Shown: positions 9,370-20,162 of the stretch, piece after piece
How the letters are laid out: every line of letters starts with the position of its first letter
Numbering within the stretch: the first letter of the stretch is position 1
Source of the DNA: Abditibacteriaceae bacterium
GTDB taxonomy: Bacteria; Armatimonadota; Abditibacteriia; Abditibacteriales; Abditibacteriaceae
Assembly: GCA_965277285.1 (NCBI GenBank)
Contig: OZ255721.1
Coordinates: 1-64,000, forward strand
Direction: 5' to 3'
Length of the DNA: 64,000 bases
Made by a program: the position numbers and the translations under genes
Notes under the pieces: generated by a model
Database searches by the model: none
Seen by the model: the letters and a program-made list of their open reading frames with translations, nothing else
What the model was told of the DNA's origin: nothing

Positions 9370-10225
9370 AGCGTGTTCTTAACTTATGGTGGAGAGGAAG
9401 GGACTAATCTGAGCCAACATCAAGCAAGCGAAGGCCAAGAAGTGCAAGCCCGCTACTGTTTCGGGCAAACGTTCGTAGTCTTTGGCCAAGCGACGAAAGC
9501 GCGTCGCCCACGCAAAAGAGCGTTCGACCACCCACCGCTTAGGCAACAACACAAAGCCGCGCTTGGCTTCTTGCAGTTTGACCACTTCCAAACGGATATC
9601 GTGTTCCTGCGCTTCTTGGGCTGTCTCTGCTCCAGTATAGCCTTGGTCAACATAAGCTACTTCGACACTTTGTCCCGTCACTTCTTGGATGGCCTGCGCC
9701 AACGCCGCCACTTGGGCCCGGTCGCCCTCGTTGGCCGCCGTAACGCGCAACGCCAGCAAATGCCCCAGAGTATCCACCGCCAGATGCACCTTACTGCCCT
9801 TTTTGCGCTTGTAGCCGTCATAGCCGGCGTGCCCGGCGCTTTCAGGCGTGCCTTGCACCGTGCGCGAGTCGAGGATGGCGGCTGTGGGCTGAGGCACTCG
9901 CTCTTGTCCCACACGCAACACTTCACGCAGGTCATGCACCATGTTCTCGAACACACCCGCTTGCAGCCAGCGCTGGGTCTGCTGGTAAACCGCGCGCCAG
10001 GGTGGAAAGTCACAAGGCACATAGCGCCACGCTGCGCCGGTTCTCACCACATAGCGCAAAGCGTTGAACACCTCGCGCAAGTCATAGGTGCGCTGAAAAG
10101 CGTCTTCTCGCATCAAGGTCAGGTAGGGCGCCACAAACGCCCACTCGTCGTCGCTCACGTCACTGGGATAGCCTCTGCGGATGTTGTTCATAGCCGCACA
10201 GTTTGACAAAGTTAAGAACACGCTC
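9369..10225 (-). mobile_element. IS5-family insertion sequence, apparently intact
   Basis: Perfect 17-bp terminal inverted repeats gagcgtgttcttaactt (9369-9385) and aagttaagaacacgctc (10209-10225), with TA on both flanks. Confidence 0.92.
9379..10191 (-). CDS. IS5-family DDE transposase
   Basis: [51 protein letters not shown]. Confidence 0.93.
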   Translation of the reverse strand: MNNIRRGYPSDVSDDEWAFVAPYLTLMREDAFQRTYDLREVFNALRYVVRTGAAWRYVPCDFPPWRAVYQQTQRWLQAGVFENMVHDLREVLRVGQERVPQPTAAILDSRTVQGTPESAGHAGYDGYKRKKGSKVHLAVDTLGHLLALRVTAANEGDRAQVAALAQAIQEVTGQSVEVAYVDQGYTGAETAQEAQEHDIRLEVVKLQEAKRGFVLLPKRWVVERSFAWATRFRRLAKDYERLPETVAGLHFLAFACLMLAQISPFLSTIS

Positions 10226-10229
10226 TAAG

Positions 10230-12811
10230 TTATGTTCTTCATCTCGGCGGAGCATACACGGGTGTCGGGATGTTAAGCAGTAACCAACTTATGGGGTCTC
10301 TGCACTCATTGGGTACTTCATTGGGTGACATCGAAAAGTCAAAACTGCCTACCGGCGAAGAAGTACCCGATGCGGCTGTTGCCCTCCAAGAACTCGTGCA
10401 AGCGAAATTGAAATTTTTCCAGCACCTGCAGATCAGGAGCAACTCAAAGTCGGTCTGCGTGCCGCTTCTTCCTTCTTCCAAACACAGGCAGACGACGCCA
10501 TCGATCACAGTGATTATGCCCAGGCGCTTGATCGTTACAGCCGTTTATTGGCGATTGCACCCATTGTCTCAGACCACGAGCAAGAAGCGAATGCACTCAA
10601 TGGCTTGGGCACGGTTTACGATGATCTGGGACAACACGAGCGCGCGGTGGAAACGTTCAAGAAGGAATTAGTACTTCAGCGACAAACCAGCAAGGGCGAA
10701 GAGAATATCGCGGTTACACTCAACAACATCGGTTGGGCTCTGGATGGCGCGGAAAAATCGAACGAGGCTATTACTTACTTACTCAGGCACTCGCCATCGA
10801 AAACACGATTTCCGACGACGCGGCAAGTGTATTCCTGCGAGGCACCAGCGGCAGTGCCTTGAAATCTTATACCGTGGGCAACCTTGGCCTGTCGTATTAT
10901 CGCCTGAAGCAAACAGATAAAGGCATTGGTCTTGGTGAGCAGGCGCTCGCCCTGATGCGCAAAACAGCCAACCGTGTCGGTGAAGGCAAAGTTTTAAGCT
11001 GGCTGGGCTGGGGTTACTTTCATGCCGGTCAAAACGACAAGGCATTGAGTACTCTTTCGCAATCGCTGGCGGTCAACCACGAAACCGGAAACGTCGGCAG
11101 CGAAGCGTTCACACTCAGCACGTTGATGGACGTTTGGAACGATCAGAAAAAGCCACGCCTGGCGATTTTCTATGGCAAGCAAGCCGTCAACAAGTATCAG
11201 GAACTTCGTGGCAACTCCAAGCGGCTGGACAAAGACCTGCAAAAAAGCCTGCTTCAGTCGCATGAAGACACTTATCGCAAATTGGCTGATACTCTGATTG
11301 GCGAAGGACGCTTGCCCGAAGCGCAGCAAGTCCTGGGCTTGTTGAAACAGGAAGAACTCTTCAGTTTCGTGCGCCGCTCCGCTACCGTCACATCCTCAAC
11401 CGAAAGTCGCGCTGATTTAACTTCGGACGAAACCGAACAGGACAAGCAATATCGCGCGATTGCGGATCGCGTGACGCAAATCGGTGCTCGTCGCGGCGAA
11501 TTGTTGGCCAAAACCACGAGGACAGCGGACGAAGAAAAAGAACTTTCCGGCTTGGAAAACCAATTGGATATCGCCAATCGCAACTTCCAGAAGTTTGTCG
11601 ATTCGCTGTCTTCGCAACTGGATAACACGCCGCAGAAAGGCCGCGTCGAGCAAATTACCGATGCGCAAAGTTTGCAAAACACGCTGCACGATTTGGGCGA
11701 CGGCACTATAGCTCTGTATACGCTGGTCGCAGACGATAAATATCGCGTTATTTTGGTGACGCCCGATGCGGAAAAGGCCGCCGAGTACTCGATTTCCGCG
11801 ACCGATCTCAATCGCAAAGTGCTGGATTTCCGTCAGGCCTTGCAAAACTCGTCCGTCGATCCGCGTCCCCTGGCGCAGGAACTCTACACCATTTTAATCG
11901 CGCCTATCGCCAAAGATTTGGATGGCGCGAAGGCCAAAACCCTGATGTGGAGCTTGGACGGAACGCTGCGCTATTTGCCGATGAGCGCTTTATACGACGG
12001 CAAAAATTACCTTGTCGAACGTTATCGGAGCGACGTTTTCACGCCCGCCAGCAACGCCAACCTGAAAGACTTGCCGTCGCCGCAATGGAAGGCTTTGGGA
12101 TTGGGCGTTTCCAAAGCGCAACCCGGCTTTGAGGCGCTGCCCGGCGTGGCCGACGAGCTCAATGGAATCATCAAAGGCGGCAGCGACATCAAAGGCATTT
12201 TGCCGGGCAAAGTCGAAATTGACAGCGCCTTCACCGCCGACACGATGAAAACGGCGCTGCGCCAACGCTATCCATTGATTCATATCGCCAGCCACTTCGC
12301 GTTTCGTCCGGGGAATGAGACCGATTCGTTTCTGCTGCTGGGCGATGGCAGCCATTTCGATATTGACCAGATTAAAAACCTGTCGTTCCGCGACGTGGAT
12401 TTGCTGACGCTTTCAGCCTGCGATACGGCTTCGAGCGGCACCAATGCCGATGGCCGCGAAGTCGAAAGTTTCGGCGTGCTGGCACAACGCCAAGGCGCAA
12501 AATCGGTGCTGGCCAGTTTGTGGCCGGTTTCGGATTCGAGTACTCAACTGTTGATGCAAAACTTTTATCGCCTGCGCGAAGCACAAAACTCGTCTGGCAC
12601 CAACGGAATTTCCAAAGCCGAAGTCTTGCGACAGGCACAACTGCTGTTGCTGTACGGTGACGCGTCTTCCACGTCGGCCACAACGCGCGGCATGAGGATA
12701 GAAAGAAGCGGTGCTTCGTCGGCTTTGCCCGCCTTTGTCGCCGACCCTAAAGCGCCGTTCGCGCATCCGTATTACTGGGCACCCTTTATCCTGATCGGCA
12801 ACTGGCGCTAA
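10230..12811 (+). pseudogene. TPR + CHAT (caspase-like) protein, 5' truncated and frameshifted
   Basis: TPR motifs (EANALNGLG, TLNNIG, VGNLG) are split across frames with shifts near 10430 and at attacttacttactc (~10775). The CHAT domain retains HIASHF and LSACDTA and ends HPYYWAPFILIGNW. Confidence 0.8.
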
Positions 12812-12890
12812 TTCAGTCGGTATCTTCTCCAGAGTGCAGCGATGAGATACTAGGCCTACCGGTTCATCCAGACCACGCGATCCAAGCCTG

Positions 12891-13185
12891 GTGGCCAACT
12901 TGCGTCGACGTGGCAACTGCCATGACAACCCGCCAGTCGAAAGCTTCTTCGCCACGCTCAAAAAAGAAGCTCTTGCATTACGGACGACATTTGGGTTCCT
13001 CCACCAGCCGCGACAGCGCCAGGCGGCAAGTGTTCGAGTCATCGAGATCTCTTACATTCGACAAGGAAGGCATTCGACGCTGGGCTATCTCTCGCCCTGC
13101 CAGTTCGAGGAAAACTACAAACAACAGAGCCACACAACAAACAACGAGCTTAACCTACTGTCCATTTAAACAACACTATTCCAGT
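12891..13185 (+). mobile_element. IS3-family 3' remnant
   Basis: RRGNCHDNPPVESFFATLKKE...RHSTLGYLSP, followed by a tgtcca...ttcca end. Confidence 0.8.
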
Positions 13186-13314
13186 TCCAATCCGGGGCTT
13201 ATTAGACACACTTCTTTGGCAAATTTGGTGTACTAAGCAAGTGTGCCATACAGCGACGTTAATAGTATCAGGACGCTCTCCTTTGTCGTGTTGTTCCCGT
13301 TATAAACTCGTTCC

Positions 13315-16300
13315 ATGTTGAAATCGTTCAGCTATCACCTCACAGAAGAGCTTTCCCAAAGCGCGAATATTTCGCTGAGTCGCGGTGTGCGTGACAGTGA
13401 CGGCACCGCGGTTTTGGTGAAATGGCTGCGTGATGAGTATCCTGCGCTGAACGATTTGCGACGACTGCAACACGAATATCAAGTCACGAAAAATCTGGAG
13501 ATTGAGGGCGTTACTCAACCCTTGGGATTGGAATCGTCCTTCAACGGCTTGGCGCTTTTGCTCCGTGATTATGGGGCACAAACGTTGGATACGTTCCTGG
13601 GCGGTTCGCCTCTCGAAGTCACACAGTTTCTAAGAATCGCCCTTCAATTAGCCGGCATCGTCGGTCAGGTGCATTGGCATAAAATCATTCACCAAGACAT
13701 CAAACCACAGCATGTTCTTATTCATCCAGATACCCTGAAAATAGAACTCACTGGCTTTGGGGACGCCGTTCTATCACGCGGCGAGTCGGCGAACGCCTCG
13801 GCAGATACGGTGGTCACTCATTCTATAGACCCAGCGCCCAAACCTGCGCTCGCGGACGCTGCGTTACTCCCCTCCGCTGCATCAACCGCTTCACCAGTGG
13901 CGAGCGACGCGCTGAATTCGAGTACTCGGTTGGCACCTGAAGTTGTTCGTTCATCGCCCGAAGCACAAAGTTCGAACCAATTGTCGGGCACACTCGCATA
14001 TATGTCGCCGGAACAAACGGGGCGTACCGCGCAGGACGTCGATCATCGTACAGATTTTTATGCACTGGGTGCAATGTTTTACGAAATGTTGACCGGGCAT
14101 ACACCATTTGAAGGCAGCGACGCCCTGGAAATTTTGCACGCGCATCTGGCCAAAATGCCGACCGCGCCGCGTCGTCTCAATCCTGCCATTCCTACTCCGC
14201 TGTCGCAAATTGTTCTCAAGTTGTTGGCGAAGGCGCCACACGAACGCTACCAGAGTGCGTATGGATTAAAAGCCGATCTCGATCGTTGCGCGACAAGCTG
14301 GCAGCGCCGCCTGACCATCGAACCGTTTGCGCTTGGCGCCCACGATTTCTCGGGGCAACTGAAAGTTTCCTCTCGGCTCTATGGGCGCGAATCCGGAGTG
14401 GAAGAACTCTGGCAGAGTTTTATGCGAGTAAAGGGCGGCACAGCAGAACTTTTTTTTGTGACGGGCTACTCGGGCATTGGAAAATCTTCGGTGGTGCGCG
14501 AGATCCGCCAACGAGTCGTGCGCGAAGGTGCTTACTTCGTCTCTGGCAAATTCGAGCAGTTGCGGCGTGATGAGCCTTATAGCGCTATTCTGCAGACCCT
14601 GCAACAATTGCTCACGCAAATTCTGATTAAAAACGAAACCGTCCTGCAACATTGGAAAACCCACTTGCAAGAAGCCGTCGGCGATAACGGCCAAGTCGTG
14701 CTGGAAGTTCTACCCGAAGCTGCGCTGATTTTCGATGCGGCACCTCAAGTTCCTCCGTTGGGCGCGCGCGAGGCGCAAAACCGTCTTCTTACCGTATTTC
14801 GTCAAATCATTGCCTCTTTTTGCGATGCCGATCATCCTGTAGTCCTCTTTCTGGACGATTTGCAATGGGCGGATGCAGCGTCTCTTAAATTGCTCCGAGA
14901 ACTTGAAATCGAGGATCGCATTCCGTATTTCCTGCTGATCGGCGCCTACCGCGATAACGAAGTGGATACGTCTCATCCGGTTTTACTGCTGGCCGAGGAA
15001 GTGAGAAAAGTCGGCTGCACCGTGCATGTTCTGCATTTAGGCGCATTGCAAATTGCGCATGTCATAGAACTTGTCGCCGACACTCTGGGGTGCGATGCGG
15101 GGCGCGCAACGCCTGTCGCAGAACTCATTTGGCACAAAACAGCCGGTAATCCGTTCTTCATCAATCAACTTTTGCACTCTCTGGTGCGCGAAGAGTGGCT
15201 GTTTTTCGACCGGCAGCAGTCGTGTTGGAGCTGGAGTCTGGAGCGCCTCCAAAGCGCTGAGATCACCGAGAACGTGGTCGAATTAGTGGCGAAGAACATC
15301 AGTGGCCTGTCGCGCGAAACGCAGAACACATTGATGGTGGCATCTTGTATCGGCAACACTTTCAACCTTGAATTACTAATTCAGGTCGCCGAACAGCCGA
15401 GTTTCGATTGTGCCGCGCAAATGTGGGAGGCGTTGCGCGAAGGCCTCTTGCTTTCACTTGACGACCAGACATTCAAATTCGCGCACGATCGCATTCAGCA
15501 AGCTGCGCAATCGCTGCTCAGCGAGAGCGAACGACAACATCGGCACCTTCAGATCGGGCGCTTGCTGCTCAAGAAAAACGGGGTGAATGAGGAATTAGGG
15601 CTGGAAAGCGCCGAAGCAACGCTCGCACATTCCCGCGAAAGGCCTTCTGCGCAAGATGCGGGGGAACACGCTTTTGCAATCGTGGAACATTTCAATCAGG
15701 CGCTGGAACTGCTGTCCGAACCATCCGAACGTAAGCGCGTAATGCGTTTGAATCTGCGCGCTGCTGGCAAAGCGCGCCGCGTGATCGCTTATGATGCCGC
15801 CTTACGCTATTTCTCGATAGCTGCGGATCTGTTGTCCGCCTCATCCTGGGACGACGATTACCCAACGACTTTCGCGGTTTACAAAGAACTCGCGCAATGC
15901 ACTTACCTCGTTGGGCACAGCCAACAAGCGCAAACGTTGTTCGATCTTCTTAACAGCCGGGCGCGCACCGCTCTCGACCGCGCTGAAGTCGTGCGCATCC
16001 AACTTCAACTATGCACTATTTTGAATGACTTCACCAAAGCCATTCAAATTGGTTTGCAAGGGCTGGAACAACTCAATTTCAAGTTACCATCCCGCCCGTC
16101 TCATTTGACGATTTTGCGTGAAGTCTTGCTGGCACAACGCAACCAAGGTCAGCGGCGCATCGCCGACCTCAGTGACGCGCCGCATCTGCACGATGCCCAC
16201 CACAAAGCCGTGCTCGAATTACTGTCGAACCTGGTTGCACCTTTGTATGTTTCGGGCAACCAGCACTTGTTCAGCCTGGTCGTCTTAAAAATGACGAACC

Positions 16301-18879
16301 TTTCGTTGCGCTATGGCAACGCCGATGTTTCTTCCCAGGCTTATGCGTTATACGGCGTAATTCTGGGTTCGGGTTTGAGCCGATTCCGGAGAGGCTACGA
16401 ATGGGGCGAAATGGCATTGCGCTTATGCGAGCAATTTGATAACGATGACCAGAAATGCAAAACGTTTTTCACTTTTCCTTGTTATCTCAGCCCGTGGCGT
16501 CAGCCTCTGAGTTACGGAGAAGCCTATTTCCGTCAATCGTACGAGTTGGGATTGGCGTCAGGCAATACGGTTTTTGCTGGCTACGGACTGGTCAACGCGA
16601 CGGCTTACGGCGCGTTGCGTGGGAAAACTTTGACGGAAGTCTGCGACGATGTCGAACGCTTTCTCCCTGTTTTGAAGTGGACAAAAGATCCGAACCAATT
16701 GGCAATGGCGCTTTTTACGCGGCAGATGAGCCGTTGCCTGCAAGGCGCGACCACGGGACCGTGCCAACTGAGCGATGGCCATTACCAGGAGGAGACGCTG
16801 CTGGCAGGCTTGCAGGATAACGCCGCCGCGCGCTTGTGGTATTACATCGTCAAGCTAAAAGTTTGTTACCTGGGCGGCGATTTCAAGCAAGCTCTGGAAA
16901 TGGCGCAACGGGCCGAAAGAGATCTTTCTCCGCTCTTTGGCACGCCCTATATAGTAGAGGAAAAGTTCTTCTACCTGCTGACTTTGACGGCGCTTTACCC
17001 AACTTCGAGTCTTCGAGATCGCCGTCGCACCAAGCGCATTTTGCGACGCATTCTCAAAAATCTCAAAACGTGGGCGGCGAACGCCCCCGACTGCGTTCAC
17101 AAATACCTGCTGGCGCAGGCCGAAGTCGCGCGCGTTTACGGCACTGACATTACGTCGTTGTATGATGCGGCGGCTCAGGCCGCGCGCGAAGCCGGTTACG
17201 TGCAGGACGAAGCACTCGCTTTTGAATGCGCTGCGGTTTTTTATGAGGCGCAGGGCAATGCGCGCAGCGCGCACTCGTATCTGATGAGTGCGCGCTATGC
17301 CTATATGCGTTGGGGCGCTACCGCCAAAATCACGGCACTGGAAGGGCGCTATCCTCTTTTCAAAAACTTCCTTGCCGAAGACACGCCGCAGAGGACAGAA
17401 ATTTTCGATGATAAGCGCGACCAAGTGGCTTTTTTCGACTTGACTACGGTCGTCAAGGTCACTCAGGCTTTGCTAAGCGAAATGGACTTGGCGCGCCTGA
17501 TGGACCGCCTGCTTTGTTTTGCAATTGAAAACGCGGGTGCCGCAACGGGTTTATTGCTTTTGGAAAAATCCGGGCAGTTACATGTCGAAGCAAAAGTTTC
17601 CTCAGACGGTGCAGCCCAGATTTTGCAGGCTCTCCCGATCGAGGACGATCTGAGTTGGCCGACGGCCATTATCAATTACGTTGCCCGCATGCGCGAGAAC
17701 CTTATCTTAAGCGATCCCGCGTCGTGGGAACTTTTCACGTCACATCCCGCAATGGTAAACCGCAGGCCAAAGTCGGTTTTATGCGTTCCCCTCTTGCGTC
17801 GTAGCACACTGATCGGCGTTCTGTATCTTGAGAACGATCTGGCGTTTGGCGCGTTTACGCCGGAAAAAGTGCAGCTTTGCCGCGTCATCGCATCGCAGGC
17901 AGTTATCGCCCTGGAAAATGCTTTGCTTTACAACACTTTACGCGAGGCGCACGAGAATCTGGAAGAATCGAATCGCACACTCGAACAAAAAGTCGCGCAA
18001 CGCACCGAACAGCTCGCGGCCAAGAACGATGAATTGGAGATCACACTACATCGGCTGACCGAAATGCAAGATAAAATTGTGATGCAGGAGAAGGTGGCAT
18101 CGCTTGGCGCTTTAACGGCAGGCATAGCCCATGAAATCAAAAATCCGCTCAACTTCATCAATAACTTCGCCGAAATTTCTGCGGAGCTTACCAGAGAGAT
18201 CCGCGACGTGTTCCGCGCGCAGTACGCGCAAGTCCTCGACGCGCCATCCAGCGCAGCCATTGAAGTTCTTTTGAACGATGTAACACAAAATTTGTGCGAG
18301 ATCAATGCACATGGCAAGCGCGCCGACAGCATCATCAATGCGATGCTCTTGCATTCGCGCGGCCAAATAGGGCAACACCAGGCGTGCGAGATCAACGCCA
18401 TTGCGCGCGAAGCTGTCCACCTCGCCTATCACGCGATGCGCGCCCGGCAGCCCGACTTCGGGGTTCGGATCGAGGAGCATTACGATGAGGGAATACGCGA
18501 CATCGTGCTGGTACCGCAAGAGATGAGCCGCGTCTTGCTCAATATAGTCAACAACGCCTGCTATGCGACGCATCAGAAACAAATCGAAGAACGCGAACAG
18601 GGCCGCGATTACACACCAACCCTGACTATCCAAACGCGCGAGCGGGACGACCACATTGAGATCCGCATCGGCGACAACGGAAACGGAATGCCCAATTCTA
18701 TCGCGCGAGAAATTTTCAACCCATTTTTTACGACCAAACCAGCACGCGAAGGAACGGGACTGGGGCTTTCCATGAGCTACGACATCGTGACACAACTGCA
18801 CGGCGGCAGTCTTTCTGTTGAAACCGAGGAAGGTCGCGGCACCCAATTCCTTATCTTCCTGCCTCGTCATACGCTTTAG
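13315..18879 (+). CDS. Ser/Thr kinase-AAA ATPase-TPR-GAF-histidine kinase multidomain sensor
   Basis: Kinase HQDIKP/GTLAYMSPEQTGR; AAA GYSGIGKS and LDDLQWAD; GAF SVLCVPL...LYLEN; HisKA AHEIKNPLNF; HATPase FFTTKP...GTGLGL. Confidence 0.92.
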   Translation: MLKSFSYHLTEELSQSANISLSRGVRDSDGTAVLVKWLRDEYPALNDLRRLQHEYQVTKNLEIEGVTQPLGLESSFNGLALLLRDYGAQTLDTFLGGSPLEVTQFLRIALQLAGIVGQVHWHKIIHQDIKPQHVLIHPDTLKIELTGFGDAVLSRGESANASADTVVTHSIDPAPKPALADAALLPSAASTASPVASDALNSSTRLAPEVVRSSPEAQSSNQLSGTLAYMSPEQTGRTAQDVDHRTDFYALGAMFYEMLTGHTPFEGSDALEILHAHLAKMPTAPRRLNPAIPTPLSQIVLKLLAKAPHERYQSAYGLKADLDRCATSWQRRLTIEPFALGAHDFSGQLKVSSRLYGRESGVEELWQSFMRVKGGTAELFFVTGYSGIGKSSVVREIRQRVVREGAYFVSGKFEQLRRDEPYSAILQTLQQLLTQILIKNETVLQHWKTHLQEAVGDNGQVVLEVLPEAALIFDAAPQVPPLGAREAQNRLLTVFRQIIASFCDADHPVVLFLDDLQWADAASLKLLRELEIEDRIPYFLLIGAYRDNEVDTSHPVLLLAEEVRKVGCTVHVLHLGALQIAHVIELVADTLGCDAGRATPVAELIWHKTAGNPFFINQLLHSLVREEWLFFDRQQSCWSWSLERLQSAEITENVVELVAKNISGLSRETQNTLMVASCIGNTFNLELLIQVAEQPSFDCAAQMWEALREGLLLSLDDQTFKFAHDRIQQAAQSLLSESERQHRHLQIGRLLLKKNGVNEELGLESAEATLAHSRERPSAQDAGEHAFAIVEHFNQALELLSEPSERKRVMRLNLRAAGKARRVIAYDAALRYFSIAADLLSASSWDDDYPTTFAVYKELAQCTYLVGHSQQAQTLFDLLNSRARTALDRAEVVRIQLQLCTILNDFTKAIQIGLQGLEQLNFKLPSRPSHLTILREVLLAQRNQGQRRIADLSDAPHLHDAHHKAVLELLSNLVAPLYVSGNQHLFSLVVLKMTNLSLRYGNADVSSQAYALYGVILGSGLSRFRRGYEWGEMALRLCEQFDNDDQKCKTFFTFPCYLSPWRQPLSYGEAYFRQSYELGLASGNTVFAGYGLVNATAYGALRGKTLTEVCDDVERFLPVLKWTKDPNQLAMALFTRQMSRCLQGATTGPCQLSDGHYQEETLLAGLQDNAAARLWYYIVKLKVCYLGGDFKQALEMAQRAERDLSPLFGTPYIVEEKFFYLLTLTALYPTSSLRDRRRTKRILRRILKNLKTWAANAPDCVHKYLLAQAEVARVYGTDITSLYDAAAQAAREAGYVQDEALAFECAAVFYEAQGNARSAHSYLMSARYAYMRWGATAKITALEGRYPLFKNFLAEDTPQRTEIFDDKRDQVAFFDLTTVVKVTQALLSEMDLARLMDRLLCFAIENAGAATGLLLLEKSGQLHVEAKVSSDGAAQILQALPIEDDLSWPTAIINYVARMRENLILSDPASWELFTSHPAMVNRRPKSVLCVPLLRRSTLIGVLYLENDLAFGAFTPEKVQLCRVIASQAVIALENALLYNTLREAHENLEESNRTLEQKVAQRTEQLAAKNDELEITLHRLTEMQDKIVMQEKVASLGALTAGIAHEIKNPLNFINNFAEISAELTREIRDVFRAQYAQVLDAPSSAAIEVLLNDVTQNLCEINAHGKRADSIINAMLLHSRGQIGQHQACEINAIAREAVHLAYHAMRARQPDFGVRIEEHYDEGIRDIVLVPQEMSRVLLNIVNNACYATHQKQIEEREQGRDYTPTLTIQTRERDDHIEIRIGDNGNGMPNSIAREIFNPFFTTKPAREGTGLGLSMSYDIVTQLHGGSLSVETEEGRGTQFLIFLPRHTL

Positions 18880-19049
18880 CTACACGCTTACTGAGTTCCT
18901 GCATTACGCACCTACTTTCATAACGCGCCTCGAAAGAAGTTCGTGCAATAGAAGTTTAGCCTTCTAAATCCTCGACGCTATAGCGCCATTAAACATCGAG
19001 TACTCGAACATCGTCGGTTCAACAATGAATTGGTAAAAACTTTTTTCGC

Positions 19050-20099
19050 ATGATAAACGAACTTCCTTTTTACATCGAGCGCGGTGGCGAACAAGTTTTC
19101 AGCCCGCCATTTGAAAGTCGTGGCGTGCGGCTTTACGGTTTTGTTTTTCCGTTGCAGAGCGGCGAGGGCGCGCAAAGCACGTTGGATCGCAGTCTGAAGA
19201 CGCCCACAGGCGGCGTCACCGATTACCGCCTGGCCGCGCCATTCGTTTTAGTGACTTTCGCGCACATGGGGCCGCTGGCCTCGCTGACGACACCTGATGC
19301 CGACAAAGGGTTTTTTGAATATGATGAAGCCGCAGTGTGGCTCTTGACCATGGCGTTGGAAGCGGGCAGCACACCGCCGCGCGTCGACCGGCTGGCCTGG
19401 TTCATTCCCTATATGTTCGCTGAACTTTCGCAGGCGGTGTGCTGTGGGCGAGAAATCTATGGCTATCCCAAACAATATGGCTGGATCAATGGAATCGAGG
19501 TCGCCTCGAGTACTGGTATGCCCGAAACTCTTTCATTGCAAACCGTTGTGCTGCCCTCATTTGAAGCATCGACGCGCGCCGTGCGCCAAGCCTTGTTTGA
19601 AGTAAAGCGCATTGATAACGCAGATAACAATTCAACCAACGCTGGTCTGGCGAAAACGGAGGACACTGCAAATACGGCAGATGTTGAAAGTTTTGCCGAG
19701 CGCGTTGGCGATGATTGGAAAGCGTTTCTCGAGGGAATGCGCGCCTTGCTCGGCCTGGCCGCCGGTTTGGAGTTTCCCGATCTCAATTTCGTGCTCAACC
19801 TCGGTGAATATGCCCTGCATCACGAAGCGCCGATGGTTTACCTCAAACAGTTCCGTGACGTTCAAGAGGGTTCGCGCGCTTGTTACCAGGCGATTATCGA
19901 AGCCTCAGGACAAATCGAAAACGTGCGCGAAAGTCGCTTGTTGCCTGGACAATACCAACTTACCATTCATCACGCGGATAGCCACCCGCTGTGCACCGAT
20001 CTGGGCATTAGCCCCTCGCAGAATGCCCTGCTCGCCTTTGCCATCGAATTTGATCTGGGCATTGAAACTGGGCGCGAAGTATGGAAGGCCAGAACATAA
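19050..20099 (+). CDS. Acetoacetate decarboxylase-like superfamily protein
   Basis: YDEAAVW and GREIYGYPK (Schiff-base Lys motif), LKQFRD...ACYQAI. Confidence 0.75.
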   Translation: MINELPFYIERGGEQVFSPPFESRGVRLYGFVFPLQSGEGAQSTLDRSLKTPTGGVTDYRLAAPFVLVTFAHMGPLASLTTPDADKGFFEYDEAAVWLLTMALEAGSTPPRVDRLAWFIPYMFAELSQAVCCGREIYGYPKQYGWINGIEVASSTGMPETLSLQTVVLPSFEASTRAVRQALFEVKRIDNADNNSTNAGLAKTEDTANTADVESFAERVGDDWKAFLEGMRALLGLAAGLEFPDLNFVLNLGEYALHHEAPMVYLKQFRDVQEGSRACYQAIIEASGQIENVRESRLLPGQYQLTIHHADSHPLCTDLGISPSQNALLAFAIEFDLGIETGREVWKART

Positions 20100-20162
20100 T
20101 GCGAGCCGGCTCGGACAGCATAACCCTTAATTTCAAGCAACGTTAGAGACCAGGAGAACCGA

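Noticed and set aside
9373..10206. 277-aa plus-strand ORF
   Set aside because: Antisense shadow of the IS5 transposase.
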